This document shows positions 9,915-19,288 of a DNA stretch of 31,621 nt, piece after piece. Position numbers and translations under genes: made by a program. Numbering within the stretch: position 1 is the stretch's first letter; each line of letters begins with the position of its first letter. The notes below the pieces were generated by a model. The model was not told the DNA's origin. It saw only the letters and a program-made list of their open reading frames with translations, and did no database searches. This DNA comes from a virus (lineage: Duplodnaviria > Caudoviricetes). Location: the IMG/VR virus record IMGVR_UViG_3300023180_006927, positions 1 through 31,621 of that record. One strand, given 5' to 3'.

Positions 9915-10056
9915 GAAAAAAATATCTAAAAAATCCAAACAAAAATCCAAGTCTTCTAAACGTTCAGAGTATGGCAGTTATCAGCCGGATAGTGGTTTAA
10001 CACAACATTATCTTATAACAGGTGCTATACTTCCTGAAAAAAAGAAGACTAGATAG
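9895..10056 (+). CDS. 53-aa Lys/Ser-rich basic protein (not in the ORF track)
   Basis: MQRQKTKKKISKKSKQKSKSSKRSEYG...; TAAATA at 9881-9886; fills the gap to the next gene. Confidence 0.55.
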   Translation: MQRQKTKKKISKKSKQKSKSSKRSEYGSYQPDSGLTQHYLITGAILPEKKKTR

Positions 10057-10423
10057 GTTTTCTAACCAATTGGATAGTTCGTCTCTTCACCCGTTTCTTT
10101 GAAATATCAGACAGTCTCACGGTTGGTCCATGTACTATCTCAACATCCTTTGAATTCAGTGTTACAAGTGTAGTGCGGAAGTACCTAAACTGCCCCTTAA
10201 GGAATATGTTGATTGGCAGTTTCCTGTTGCTTTCGTGCCACCAGGTCTCTCCACATTTCAAAAATTTCATTTTGTCCTGTGGTAGCATGAGCCTCCCGTA
10301 ATCGTAGAAACTAATAACATTTACGTCTTCGTTTTGCACAATACCAACGTATTCCAAATCGCCCTTTCTGATCAGACTTAGGAATGGGAATTTGTCCCTC
10401 AAAGTGTTAAAAATTTCGTTCAT
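10049..10423 (-). CDS. Hypothetical phage protein
   Basis: 124-aa ORF with protein-like composition, divergent from 10456. Confidence 0.75.
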   Translation of the reverse strand: MNEIFNTLRDKFPFLSLIRKGDLEYVGIVQNEDVNVISFYDYGRLMLPQDKMKFLKCGETWWHESNRKLPINIFLKGQFRYFRTTLVTLNSKDVEIVHGPTVRLSDISKKRVKRRTIQLVRKPI

Positions 10424-10431
10424 GCTCTATC

Positions 10432-10449
10432 TATAAATACTGTTAAATA
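10432..10449 (+). promoter_or_regulatory. T4-type late promoter(s)
   Basis: TATAAATA at 10432-10439 and TAAATA at 10444-10449, just before ATG 10456. Confidence 0.55.
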
Positions 10450-10455
10450 TGTATT

Positions 10456-11235
10456 ATGCAAACAGTATCAAGGTATTTACTATCACAGTTGGTAATAGCC
10501 TACGTAAATGGTTATCACGGGAGGAATTCAAAAGTGTACGATAGACGTTTAACACTACACAGAGGAGTGAACAATCCTATCACTTTCACGTTTAAAAACG
10601 AGGATCAGAAGGCACAGGATATCACTAGCAAGACCTACGAGTTCAACATAGTGGACACAGAAAGCCAAAAATCAGTTCTAACAAAAACACTAACTGTGTT
10701 AGATGATGGCTCAACGGTGAGCACAAAAGGTGATGCAAGTTGCACAGTAACAGAGGGTGACCTATTACAGTTGGACGCCAAGTTCTATAATTTTGCAGTG
10801 CGAGAAGTCAAATCAGACGGTAGCAGGGAGGTTACCTATGCTGATACAGGATATGCGGCGGCCGGCACAGTAGAATTACTAGACGGAGCGTACCCCCAGT
10901 TTGTACCAAGCACTTCAGTATCGGCCTTTACATTGTCAGGAGACATATTCACATCAAGTGCAATTGACGGCAAGCCAGGCATCAACAACAATATTGCTCT
11001 GCATACTGTTGCAATCTATCCAAAAAACTTTTCAGGTACATTAAAGATACAGGGCACTATGGAAAGTGATCCCACATCAGACAACGATTATTTTGATATT
11101 ACCAACACGAGTCTGAGCAGTGCATCTAGTGTTTCCACACTCAACTTCACAGGTGTTTTCCAAAACGTGAGATTTGTGGCTACAAGGACTACTGGCACAA
11201 CCGGCCGTATTGACAAAATCCTTTATAGACAGTAA
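10456..11235 (+). CDS. Probable virion structural protein (beta-rich, baseplate/tail-like)
   Basis: Thr/Ser/Gly-rich with alternating beta patterns; late-type promoter. Confidence 0.5.
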   Translation: MQTVSRYLLSQLVIAYVNGYHGRNSKVYDRRLTLHRGVNNPITFTFKNEDQKAQDITSKTYEFNIVDTESQKSVLTKTLTVLDDGSTVSTKGDASCTVTEGDLLQLDAKFYNFAVREVKSDGSREVTYADTGYAAAGTVELLDGAYPQFVPSTSVSAFTLSGDIFTSSAIDGKPGINNNIALHTVAIYPKNFSGTLKIQGTMESDPTSDNDYFDITNTSLSSASSVSTLNFTGVFQNVRFVATRTTGTTGRIDKILYRQ

Positions 11236-11238
11236 AAT
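11210..11238 (+). promoter_or_regulatory. sigma70-type promoter for primase, predicted leaderless
   Basis: TTGACA-17-TAAAAT; 7 nt between the -10 and the ATG. Confidence 0.65.
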
Positions 11239-11245
11239 ATAGGGT

Positions 11246-12262
11246 ATGAACCTGATCCAATCTACTATTCTGACGAGCCTGCCTGCGGGTAGGAAGAAGA
11301 CACCATCTGGGTGGATAAGTTTCAACGCACCCTGTTGTGTACACAACGGCGAGACAGCAGACAAAAAGAAACGTGGAGGCATTATGACCAGTGCGGACGG
11401 CACTGTCAGTTACCACTGTTTCAACTGTGGGTTCAAGGCCAGTTACGTGATCGGTCGTAAGCTCACATACAAGATGAGACAGTTCATGAGCTACATAGGC
11501 ATACCCGACGACACAATCAAAAAATTGGCCATCGAGGCCATGCGTGAAGAAGAGAATGACGTCAAGTATGAGAAAAAGAAATTCGTATCATTCAAGAAAA
11601 AGGAACTGCCGAGGAACACACACAAATTAGACGTGTGGCTAGAGAAGTATGTGGCAAACGATCTTACACAGCCGCAATGGACCAAAATAGACGGCCTGCT
11701 GAAATACCTAGAAAGCAGAGGAATGGGCGCAGATTGGTATGACTTCATGTACTCTCCAGACAAGATGTGGGACATACATCAGAGACTGTTGATCCCGTTC
11801 TACTGGAGGGGTGACATCGTGGGTTACACAGGAAGATTGTTTGATCAAGAATCAAAAGGTGTGAAGTACTATACCGACGTGTGGCCAGGATACGTGTTCA
11901 ACATGGACGCACAGGACTGGACCAGGAAGTTTGTGATAGTAACGGAGGGTCCTTTCGATGCCATAGCCGTTTCTGGTGTGAGCATACTTGGTAGTGAGAT
12001 AAATGACACACAAAGAGAGTTGATAGACGGTCTCGGAAGGCAAGTGATAGTAGTGCCTGACAGAGACGCTCCAGGAGAAAAATTGATAGACCAAGCAATC
12101 GAGTATGGATGGGGTGTGGCGTTTCCAGAATGGCAAGACGACGTGGGCGATGTTGCAGACGCAGTGAGTCATTACGGTAGGTTGTTCACATTACAGTCTA
12201 TACTCAACACAACAGAAACAAGTAAACTGAAGATAGATTTGAAGAGGAAGATGCATGGTTGA
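11246..12262 (+). CDS. DnaG-type DNA primase (gp61-like)
   Basis: Zinc-binding APCCVH...YHCFNCG; TOPRIM motifs VTEGPFDA and VPDRD. Confidence 0.9.
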   Translation: MNLIQSTILTSLPAGRKKTPSGWISFNAPCCVHNGETADKKKRGGIMTSADGTVSYHCFNCGFKASYVIGRKLTYKMRQFMSYIGIPDDTIKKLAIEAMREEENDVKYEKKKFVSFKKKELPRNTHKLDVWLEKYVANDLTQPQWTKIDGLLKYLESRGMGADWYDFMYSPDKMWDIHQRLLIPFYWRGDIVGYTGRLFDQESKGVKYYTDVWPGYVFNMDAQDWTRKFVIVTEGPFDAIAVSGVSILGSEINDTQRELIDGLGRQVIVVPDRDAPGEKLIDQAIEYGWGVAFPEWQDDVGDVADAVSHYGRLFTLQSILNTTETSKLKIDLKRKMHG

Positions 12263-12941
12263 CCTTGACAAAATATATTATATTTTTTACACGCCCGGCA
12301 GTTGTGGCACACTGCTGAGCCTGTTAATTAGATCACAGATAGATGGCAAGTTTACATTCGCAGGATTTGAAAACAACACCGCACACCAATACAAGCAAAA
12401 CGCAATAGCCAAAACGCATTCGTACTATGAATATAAAGACTTTTTGCAAAGTGGCGTAAGCATAGAACAGCATTTGCGTGACAACCAATACAACGATTCC
12501 TGGTTCCAACGCTGTCATCCTCAATGGATAAATGCGATACAGGAACTAGATCTACCAAATCTGATACTATGCTACCTCAGTGATAAAGAGATGAAGGCAA
12601 ACAACATGTATATCAAAGAAAGGCAGGCAATAATAGATGCCATGCACAAGACGCCTATTAACTTTAAAATAGACAAAGGACACAAGGACATAGAAAATCT
12701 TCTGATAATGAAAATGTTTAAACTGTATACTGAAGAAGAGAACAAGCATTTGCATAGTGTGAAATCGGTAAACATGAATCGAGTGTTGGAAAAAGAGTTC
12801 TCAGAATTATCCAACTGCTGTGAAATAAAAGACAGAACGTTGCTAGAAGAAATCATAGACGAATACAACGCAAAACAGAAACCAGATAAGTTACCAATAT
12901 CGATAAAAACTTATTTAAAAAAATATCACAATAGTATATAA
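12255..12941 (+). CDS. Hypothetical protein with a possible sulfotransferase-like P-loop
   Basis: N-terminal YIFYTPGSCGTLLSLLI; sits between primase and helicase. Confidence 0.45.
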   Translation: MVDLDKIYYIFYTPGSCGTLLSLLIRSQIDGKFTFAGFENNTAHQYKQNAIAKTHSYYEYKDFLQSGVSIEQHLRDNQYNDSWFQRCHPQWINAIQELDLPNLILCYLSDKEMKANNMYIKERQAIIDAMHKTPINFKIDKGHKDIENLLIMKMFKLYTEEENKHLHSVKSVNMNRVLEKEFSELSNCCEIKDRTLLEEIIDEYNAKQKPDKLPISIKTYLKKYHNSI

Positions 12942-12948
12942 TAGACGC

Positions 12949-14388
12949 ATGGCAGAATACACATTTGACGTACAGAAACTTTACATAGAGATGCTCCTAG
13001 CGGACGCAGAATCATTTGCGAGGGCACAGAACATATTCAAACCGGAATCGTTTGATCGTAAACTGCAACCGATTGCCAAGTTCGTCAAGGACTACATGGA
13101 CGAGTACAAGGTTATGCCAGACGTTGAACAGGTCAACGCCAAACACGACATCAAACTGAAATCGGCCAAGGACTTGGATCCTAGCCATTTCAACTGGTTG
13201 CTGGACGAATTTGAAACATTCTCGAGACACAAGGCACTGGAACATGCAATCCTACAATCAGCAGACTTGCTTGAAAAGGGAGACTATGCTCCGGTAGAGG
13301 ACATGGTCAAGGACGCTGTCAACGTTGGACTGACACGTGATCTCGGTACAGACTACTTTGAGGATCCTAAGGGAAGACTAGAGGCACTCAAGGCAAACAA
13401 CGGACAGATCAGCACTGGCTGGCAGAACCTAGACAAGAAACTGTTTGGCGGTTTCAACCGTGGAGAACTAAACATTTTTGCAGGTGGATCAGGCGCAGGT
13501 AAGAGTTTGTTCTTGCAGAATCTTGCGGTGAACTGGGCACTGGCTGGTCTGAACGTTTGTTACATATCTTTTGAATTGAGTGAACAACTGACAGCAATGA
13601 GATTGGATGCTATGATGACAAACATTCCAACCAAGAAAGTGTTTCCTGAGATAGAGAATGTTGAGATGAAAGTCAAGATGTTGAAGAAGAAATCAGGAAA
13701 CTTGCAGATCAAATACTTGCCAAGTGGTAGTAACGTGCTAGACGTTAGGACATATTTGAAAGAACTAGAACTGAAGAACAAGAAGAAAATAGACTGTATA
13801 TTGATAGACTACTTGGATCTTATGATGCCAAAGAGCAAAAGGATATCACCAGCGGACCTGTTTATCAAGGACAAGTATGTGTCTGAGGAACTGAGGAATT
13901 TGGTTGTAGAGAAACAGTGTGTGTTGGCGACAGCATCACAGTTGAACAGGGCATCGGTCGAGGAGATAGAGTTCGACCACAGCCACATATCAGGCGGACT
14001 GTCTAAGATACAGACTGCTGACAACGTGATAGGTATATTCACATCGAGGGCAATGAAGGAGCGTGGCAGATATCAGATACAGTTCATGAAGACAAGATCA
14101 AGTTCGGGCGTTGGACAAAAAGTTGACTTGGAGTTTGATGTGGACAGTTTACGTATCAGAGACTTGGCGGACGATCCAGAATACAAACAGTTTGACAAAC
14201 AGCGTAGCACCATATACGATAACCTCAAGAAGACATCCAAAGTCACGGGCAACGATACTCCGAAAGATGCAAGAGACAATGCACCAGACCCAACCAAGGG
14301 TGACACCATAGGCAAAGTGAAAGCGACTGTGGAAGGCGGCAAACTGAGACAACTGTTGAACGAACTGCACTCAGACGAAGAACAATAA
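12949..14388 (+). CDS. Replicative DnaB-like helicase (gp41-like)
   Basis: ISTGWQNLD, Walker A GGSGAGKS, SFELSE, LIDYLDL, TASQLNR. Confidence 0.92.
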   Translation: MAEYTFDVQKLYIEMLLADAESFARAQNIFKPESFDRKLQPIAKFVKDYMDEYKVMPDVEQVNAKHDIKLKSAKDLDPSHFNWLLDEFETFSRHKALEHAILQSADLLEKGDYAPVEDMVKDAVNVGLTRDLGTDYFEDPKGRLEALKANNGQISTGWQNLDKKLFGGFNRGELNIFAGGSGAGKSLFLQNLAVNWALAGLNVCYISFELSEQLTAMRLDAMMTNIPTKKVFPEIENVEMKVKMLKKKSGNLQIKYLPSGSNVLDVRTYLKELELKNKKKIDCILIDYLDLMMPKSKRISPADLFIKDKYVSEELRNLVVEKQCVLATASQLNRASVEEIEFDHSHISGGLSKIQTADNVIGIFTSRAMKERGRYQIQFMKTRSSSGVGQKVDLEFDVDSLRIRDLADDPEYKQFDKQRSTIYDNLKKTSKVTGNDTPKDARDNAPDPTKGDTIGKVKATVEGGKLRQLLNELHSDEEQ

Positions 14389-14499
14389 TTTTTCCTAACA
14401 TAATATACGCAGAATAAGACACAGCAACAACTCAGACTACGTGGAATGTTACGATTTCAAAGGATTTAGACTAGAAAAATATATAGATTAAATAGTTGG

Positions 14500-15789
14500 A
14501 TGAAATCCAAGACAGCCATATTTGTACCCGCAAAAGGTCAAAGTGAAAGAATTGCAAATAAAAATCTAACAATTCTAGACGGCGAGTACCTATTCAAAAG
14601 GAAACTGCACCAAGTATTACAGTGTTCGGAAGTAGACGAAGTGTGGATAGATAGTGAATGTGATAATATACACCAACTGTGTAGTGACCTACCTGTCAAA
14701 CACCTATACCGGAACAAAGAACTGGCAAACAACAAAACAGACGGACACGAGATGTTCGCAAATCAAACGAGGCACACAGACGCCGACATAGTTGTTCAAG
14801 TACTGTGTACTGCACCTTTCTTGGATGCCAATACAATAGACCAAGCACTGAAAAAATTCAAAGAGAGCTCACACACTAGTCTAGTGGCTACCAACACACA
14901 AAAGATTTACGAATGGAAAAATGGAACACCCACATATGGCGATCGAATACCCAACAGCAAGGACCTACCAGGCACAGTGGCTGAGTCCATGAGTTTTTAT
15001 GCTGTGAAGACAGGCGGACAGGCAGTTCAAAAAAGATTTACAGATAATGTAATGCTTTACGAACTAACACCCTTGCAGAACATAGACATTAATAACAAAG
15101 AGGATCTGGAACTGGCAAAGGTTATTTGTGCAGGACAGCGTTCATTTAAGACACAACAATTGAAACTTTTATCAAAGGTCATCACAAGTCCTATGTTAAG
15201 TGACATCTGCAAAGAAATGAACATCAAACACTTTTTAAGTGATAAGATAAAACCCCAATCGAAGGGGAAGTTTCTAGGTTATGCAAAGACACTACAACTA
15301 GAAACACTAAAGGATGAAAACTGGAAAGGCATATTTGATGCCTTACAAAGTTATGATTTCATAGTGCCCGGTGACGTTATTGTAGTGGCCACCGATGTGC
15401 CTGAGAAGGCATACTTCGGGGACCTTAATGCAATATTTGCCATCCGGGAAGGAGCGGTCGGTGTGGTGGTAGACGGACATACACGCGACACAGACAGGGT
15501 ATCAGCAATGGGGTTACCTGTGTACGCACACGGTAATAGGGCCGACGATATCAGATTTGAAGGCACGGTCAAACAAATGAATTCAAAAGTAAAAATAAAC
15601 AACGTAAGTGTAAGGAACAATGACATAATATTTGCCGACACAGACGGCGTGATATGTGTGCCACAACAGAAATGGAATGCTGTGCTGTCAAAACTGAAAG
15701 ACAAACTTAAGACAGAGATGACAGTCAAGTTGGAGGCAACTTTTGGATCAGATCCCACCCAAGTATTAAATGATGTGGGAGAGTTCTAA
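14500..15789 (+). CDS. Acylneuraminate cytidylyltransferase (NeuA-like) fused to an RraA/HMG-aldolase domain
   Basis: N-terminal PAKGQSERIANKN, CTAPF and IDINNKEDL. C-terminal AYFGDL, VVDGHTRD and GLPVYA, DIIFADTDGVICVP. Confidence 0.8.
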   Translation: MKSKTAIFVPAKGQSERIANKNLTILDGEYLFKRKLHQVLQCSEVDEVWIDSECDNIHQLCSDLPVKHLYRNKELANNKTDGHEMFANQTRHTDADIVVQVLCTAPFLDANTIDQALKKFKESSHTSLVATNTQKIYEWKNGTPTYGDRIPNSKDLPGTVAESMSFYAVKTGGQAVQKRFTDNVMLYELTPLQNIDINNKEDLELAKVICAGQRSFKTQQLKLLSKVITSPMLSDICKEMNIKHFLSDKIKPQSKGKFLGYAKTLQLETLKDENWKGIFDALQSYDFIVPGDVIVVATDVPEKAYFGDLNAIFAIREGAVGVVVDGHTRDTDRVSAMGLPVYAHGNRADDIRFEGTVKQMNSKVKINNVSVRNNDIIFADTDGVICVPQQKWNAVLSKLKDKLKTEMTVKLEATFGSDPTQVLNDVGEF

Positions 15790-16508
15790 TGAACAAACTT
15801 GCGTGGACCGATTTCGATACCAAACACAAGGGACAGAGGTGTTTCATACTGGGAAATGCACCAAACCTCATCGAAGAAGAATTGGAACTGTTGAAAGATG
15901 AAAAGGTGTTCATCACCAACAGAGGATATAAGGCCCTGGACCATGGTCTAGACCATTACGACTACCTGGTCGTGTGTGATCTTGTGGTGTATCAGGATTT
16001 CCACGCTGAGTTGTGTGAAACAGATCAAGGCACACGACTATATCCCTATTGGTTCAAAAACTTGCCCGAATATCATGGAGAATCGTTCCTGCCGTTCCAG
16101 TATCACGTGCCTCCCGGCAGGCCATACGGCGTCCAGACCAGAGAAGTGAGAGTCGTGGATCAGTGGCCGAAATCATGGCAAGACGGATGGGGCAAGGCAG
16201 GCAACGCTGTGTTGAATGCGGCAGTGATAGCATACTTCATGGGATTCACGGAAATATACCTGCTGGGGGTTGAAATGGTTTACAGGAAGGGTGATACACA
16301 CTTCTACAAAGACACCAGCAAAAGAGAAGAAACGGTCCCCGACGGGCACAGGTCGAAGGGCATACACATGCTCGAATTCTATGCAAAAAAATTCGAGGCA
16401 GAGAGCATCAAGTTCGTTAACTTGTCGCAGGGCTTCCCATGGAAAGACAGTATGCTTTGTGATAATCTCAGGAACGTAATTACAGGTGGTGATGACAATG
16501 CTATCTAA
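15789..16508 (+). CDS. DUF115/Maf-like (sialyltransferase-type) protein
   Basis: KHKGQRCFILGNAPNL, FITNR and AYFMGFTEIYLLGVE...HFY. Confidence 0.65.
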   Translation: MNKLAWTDFDTKHKGQRCFILGNAPNLIEEELELLKDEKVFITNRGYKALDHGLDHYDYLVVCDLVVYQDFHAELCETDQGTRLYPYWFKNLPEYHGESFLPFQYHVPPGRPYGVQTREVRVVDQWPKSWQDGWGKAGNAVLNAAVIAYFMGFTEIYLLGVEMVYRKGDTHFYKDTSKREETVPDGHRSKGIHMLEFYAKKFEAESIKFVNLSQGFPWKDSMLCDNLRNVITGGDDNAI

Positions 16509-17076
16509 CAAATTCAAAAGGCTCGACGCCGACATCATAAAGAGCATCGAAGACATATGCGGTCACACTTATGCGAGATGCAGGCCTTACTTTACCAACA
16601 CGAGGACAGCACTAGACATAGGAGCCAAAAGAGGACACTTCGCCAAACACATGCAGAAAGACTTTAGCAAGGTGCATATGTTCGACATGAGACCAAAACT
16701 GAAATGGCGTAACCTCAATCCCAACAAATGCAAGATACACCGGTGTGCAGTGGGCGACCACAACGGCACTATAACTTTCAACGGTGCCGTGACTAACGTG
16801 GCCGGCGAGACAGCACAACTCAAGACCATAGACAGTTTTAACTTCGATGATGTGGATTTCATAAAGATAGATGTGGAGGGCGACGAACTGAACGTACTCA
16901 AGGGTGCTGTGAACACTTTAAAAAAACATAAACCAGTTGTGGTGCTCGAACAGAACCATACCACCGAGACCTACAACAAGGGCAAGTACGGTGACGCAGT
17001 GAGATGGTTGGAGCAGAACGATTACAAGATCGCAGACTATGACGGTATGGATGATTGGATAATGACTCATGTTTAA
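16492..17076 (+). CDS. FkbM-family SAM-dependent methyltransferase
   Basis: ALDIGAKRG, TIDSFNFDDVDFIKIDVEGDELNVLKGA. Exact start uncertain. Confidence 0.85.
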   Translation: MTMLSNKFKRLDADIIKSIEDICGHTYARCRPYFTNTRTALDIGAKRGHFAKHMQKDFSKVHMFDMRPKLKWRNLNPNKCKIHRCAVGDHNGTITFNGAVTNVAGETAQLKTIDSFNFDDVDFIKIDVEGDELNVLKGAVNTLKKHKPVVVLEQNHTTETYNKGKYGDAVRWLEQNDYKIADYDGMDDWIMTHV

Positions 17077-18055
17077 CGCTACACTACCGACACCCATAGA
17101 GCTCGCTTTCGAACCAATTAACCTCTGCAATGCTAGGTGTTTCTGTTGTCCTTACACATTCCTAGAGAAGGACAAGGAGTACAGAGGCAAACGTATGACC
17201 GGCGAACAAATATCAGGTCTCATTGATGAGTTTGCCAGCGGTCTGAAAAAGCATAGCATAAACACCAATCACTCTGTTGTATCCCCATGGAGATACAGTG
17301 ACCCACTAGTGTGTCCCGATCTGGAAACAATTTTCGAACTGTGTGCAAGTCACAACCTACAAGTGGTACTGACCACAAACGCAGTGAGTTTTACCGAACC
17401 TAAGTGCAAGTGGCTGGTGAAATACACATCTTACATCAAACAAATAAACATTTCTATAATCGGATACAACAGGGAGGAAATCAGAGAATACATGGACATA
17501 GATTGGAACGTGACCAAAGAACGTTTAAAGATGATTAAAGAAAAATATCCCGAGCTGAGTAAGAAAATGAACATAGGCATTAAACATAAGATACAACACC
17601 CTGAGAAAAAACAGTACGGACAAATTGTAGACAAAATACAGAAGTTGACTTTAGGAAAAGTCAAAGTGAAAAAGGATTGGCTTGAGAACAGATTGGTCTA
17701 TAACAAGTTTGACGACGACGGTATCAATTTTGGTATAAACGAAAAAAATTTTGTAAAAGGATGTTCAATGGTGCATGGCAAGATACTAAGACGTTTAGAG
17801 ATAATGGTAGACGGCACTGCTGTGCTTTGCTGTGATGATGCCACCAAACAAACAAACTTTGGCAACGTGTTTGAACTAGGTATGGCAGGTGTATGGAACA
17901 ACCTCAGGGAATACCATAACATGCTTTACAGTGACAAATGGCAAGAAGAGAAAAAAAATATGATGTGTAACACTTGCAGTAGGGCAAGATTCAGTTGGGA
18001 CACAAAACAATCAAAAGACGTGATAGAATACAACAAGCATTTTACCAATGCGTAA
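17069..18055 (+). CDS. Radical SAM protein with C-terminal SPASM/twitch domain
   Basis: CNARCFCC (CxxxCxxC); C-terminal C...IMVDG...LCCDD...GNV...CNTC. Confidence 0.85.
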   Translation: MFNATLPTPIELAFEPINLCNARCFCCPYTFLEKDKEYRGKRMTGEQISGLIDEFASGLKKHSINTNHSVVSPWRYSDPLVCPDLETIFELCASHNLQVVLTTNAVSFTEPKCKWLVKYTSYIKQINISIIGYNREEIREYMDIDWNVTKERLKMIKEKYPELSKKMNIGIKHKIQHPEKKQYGQIVDKIQKLTLGKVKVKKDWLENRLVYNKFDDDGINFGINEKNFVKGCSMVHGKILRRLEIMVDGTAVLCCDDATKQTNFGNVFELGMAGVWNNLREYHNMLYSDKWQEEKKNMMCNTCSRARFSWDTKQSKDVIEYNKHFTNA

Positions 18056-18083
18056 ATTACCAAAAAAGCGTAAATTAGGAAAA

Positions 18084-18098
18084 TAACGCGAAGCGTTA
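18084..18098 (-). terminator. Hairpin between convergent genes, probable porin terminator
   Basis: TAACGC-GAA-GCGTTA palindrome flanked by A-tracts that read as U-tracts on the minus strand. Confidence 0.4.
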
Positions 18099-18156
18099 AA
18101 AAGCGTAAAGCCGACCTTGACCATCTCTGATCTCCGCCGGCTCCACTGTGTTTAAA

Positions 18157-19095
18157 TTAGAATGTGAATTTGATTCCAGCCGCGGCATCTTGTGTGTCAA
18201 CACCTGATGTGACGTCTGTCATTTCAAAGGCACCATACACGCTGAAGTTTTCACCGATCTTCTTCTCGGCTCCCACTGTTGTGTATGTGTTTCCATCCTT
18301 GATCTTGCCGTAACCCACTGAGTACGTTGTGTCTTCGATCACGTGCGAAGCAACGAATTCGTTGGCTTTGGTGTCAAGATCGGTTGATTCCACAGTCTTG
18401 ATTGTGTGGTTGTAACCGATCGTTGTGGCATCTGTGATGTCAAAAGAAGCACCAACACCCTTGTACTCGATGTTGTTCACTTTGTCATCCGTGTAGGCGA
18501 TACCCACGTTTAGGCTATCGCTGATGTCCATAGACGCCGCAGTCTCGTACACGTCAACGCCTGACTTACCAGTTGTACCGTCAACTTTTACCAAGTTGTC
18601 GATCTGGATCGCACCAAGCGTGTTCGAGTAGATCACTGTGTGTGAGTCTCTGCTGAACAGTTTCTGTGCGGCAGTATTACCGTATTCCGGGAACACATCC
18701 GTCTTAGATGTCACAGCACCCTTGAACACAGAATTCTGTCTTCCGGCTGATAGCACACCTGCTCCACCCATGTCAACGCCGGCGAAAGCCAGTTTTGAAT
18801 CAAATGGTGTGGAACCAGAGTCATCTGCATCGATCGCCACTTCCAACTTGGCGAAACCGTCAACGCCCTCTGAGATGTTGCTCGAGAAGTCAACACCGAT
18901 GCTGGAACCATTGTTCTCTGCCTTTGATGTTGAGACGCCGTTGGCGTCCTCGTTGTTAGAAAGCATATAGTTCAGTGAACCATAAACCTTCATATCAGCC
19001 GCTTCGGCCGGTGTTGGTTTCATCAACCAACCGATTACCACAAGTGCCACTATTATGGCCGCACCTATGGCCGTCTTCTTCTTTGTCATTTTCAT
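18157..19095 (-). CDS. Gram-negative outer-membrane porin
   Basis: Signal peptide ending AEA, MKVYGSL first strand, amphipathic beta strands, terminal GIKFTF (C-terminal Phe); SD AGGAG. Confidence 0.85.
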   Translation of the reverse strand: MKMTKKKTAIGAAIIVALVVIGWLMKPTPAEAADMKVYGSLNYMLSNNEDANGVSTSKAENNGSSIGVDFSSNISEGVDGFAKLEVAIDADDSGSTPFDSKLAFAGVDMGGAGVLSAGRQNSVFKGAVTSKTDVFPEYGNTAAQKLFSRDSHTVIYSNTLGAIQIDNLVKVDGTTGKSGVDVYETAASMDISDSLNVGIAYTDDKVNNIEYKGVGASFDITDATTIGYNHTIKTVESTDLDTKANEFVASHVIEDTTYSVGYGKIKDGNTYTTVGAEKKIGENFSVYGAFEMTDVTSGVDTQDAAAGIKFTF

Positions 19096-19288
19096 TATAG
19101 ATTGTCTCCTATATCTTTTTCTTTTTCTATAAGGTTTATAAATGCGATCACTGGCCTAGTGACCGCTCTGGATTGTAAGTTATATTTATCAAAAAAGCAA
19201 CACTTAATAATTGCATTTGGTAAACTTTCTCCTCACGGTTACAAACAAATAATTACATATAGACCAGTTCATAAAACAACTTTAACAA

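Noticed and set aside
14389-14499. Start-less open frame of about 30 codons (...DYVECYDFKGFRLEKYID) as a gene remnant
   Set aside because: Too short to distinguish from chance without a homology search.
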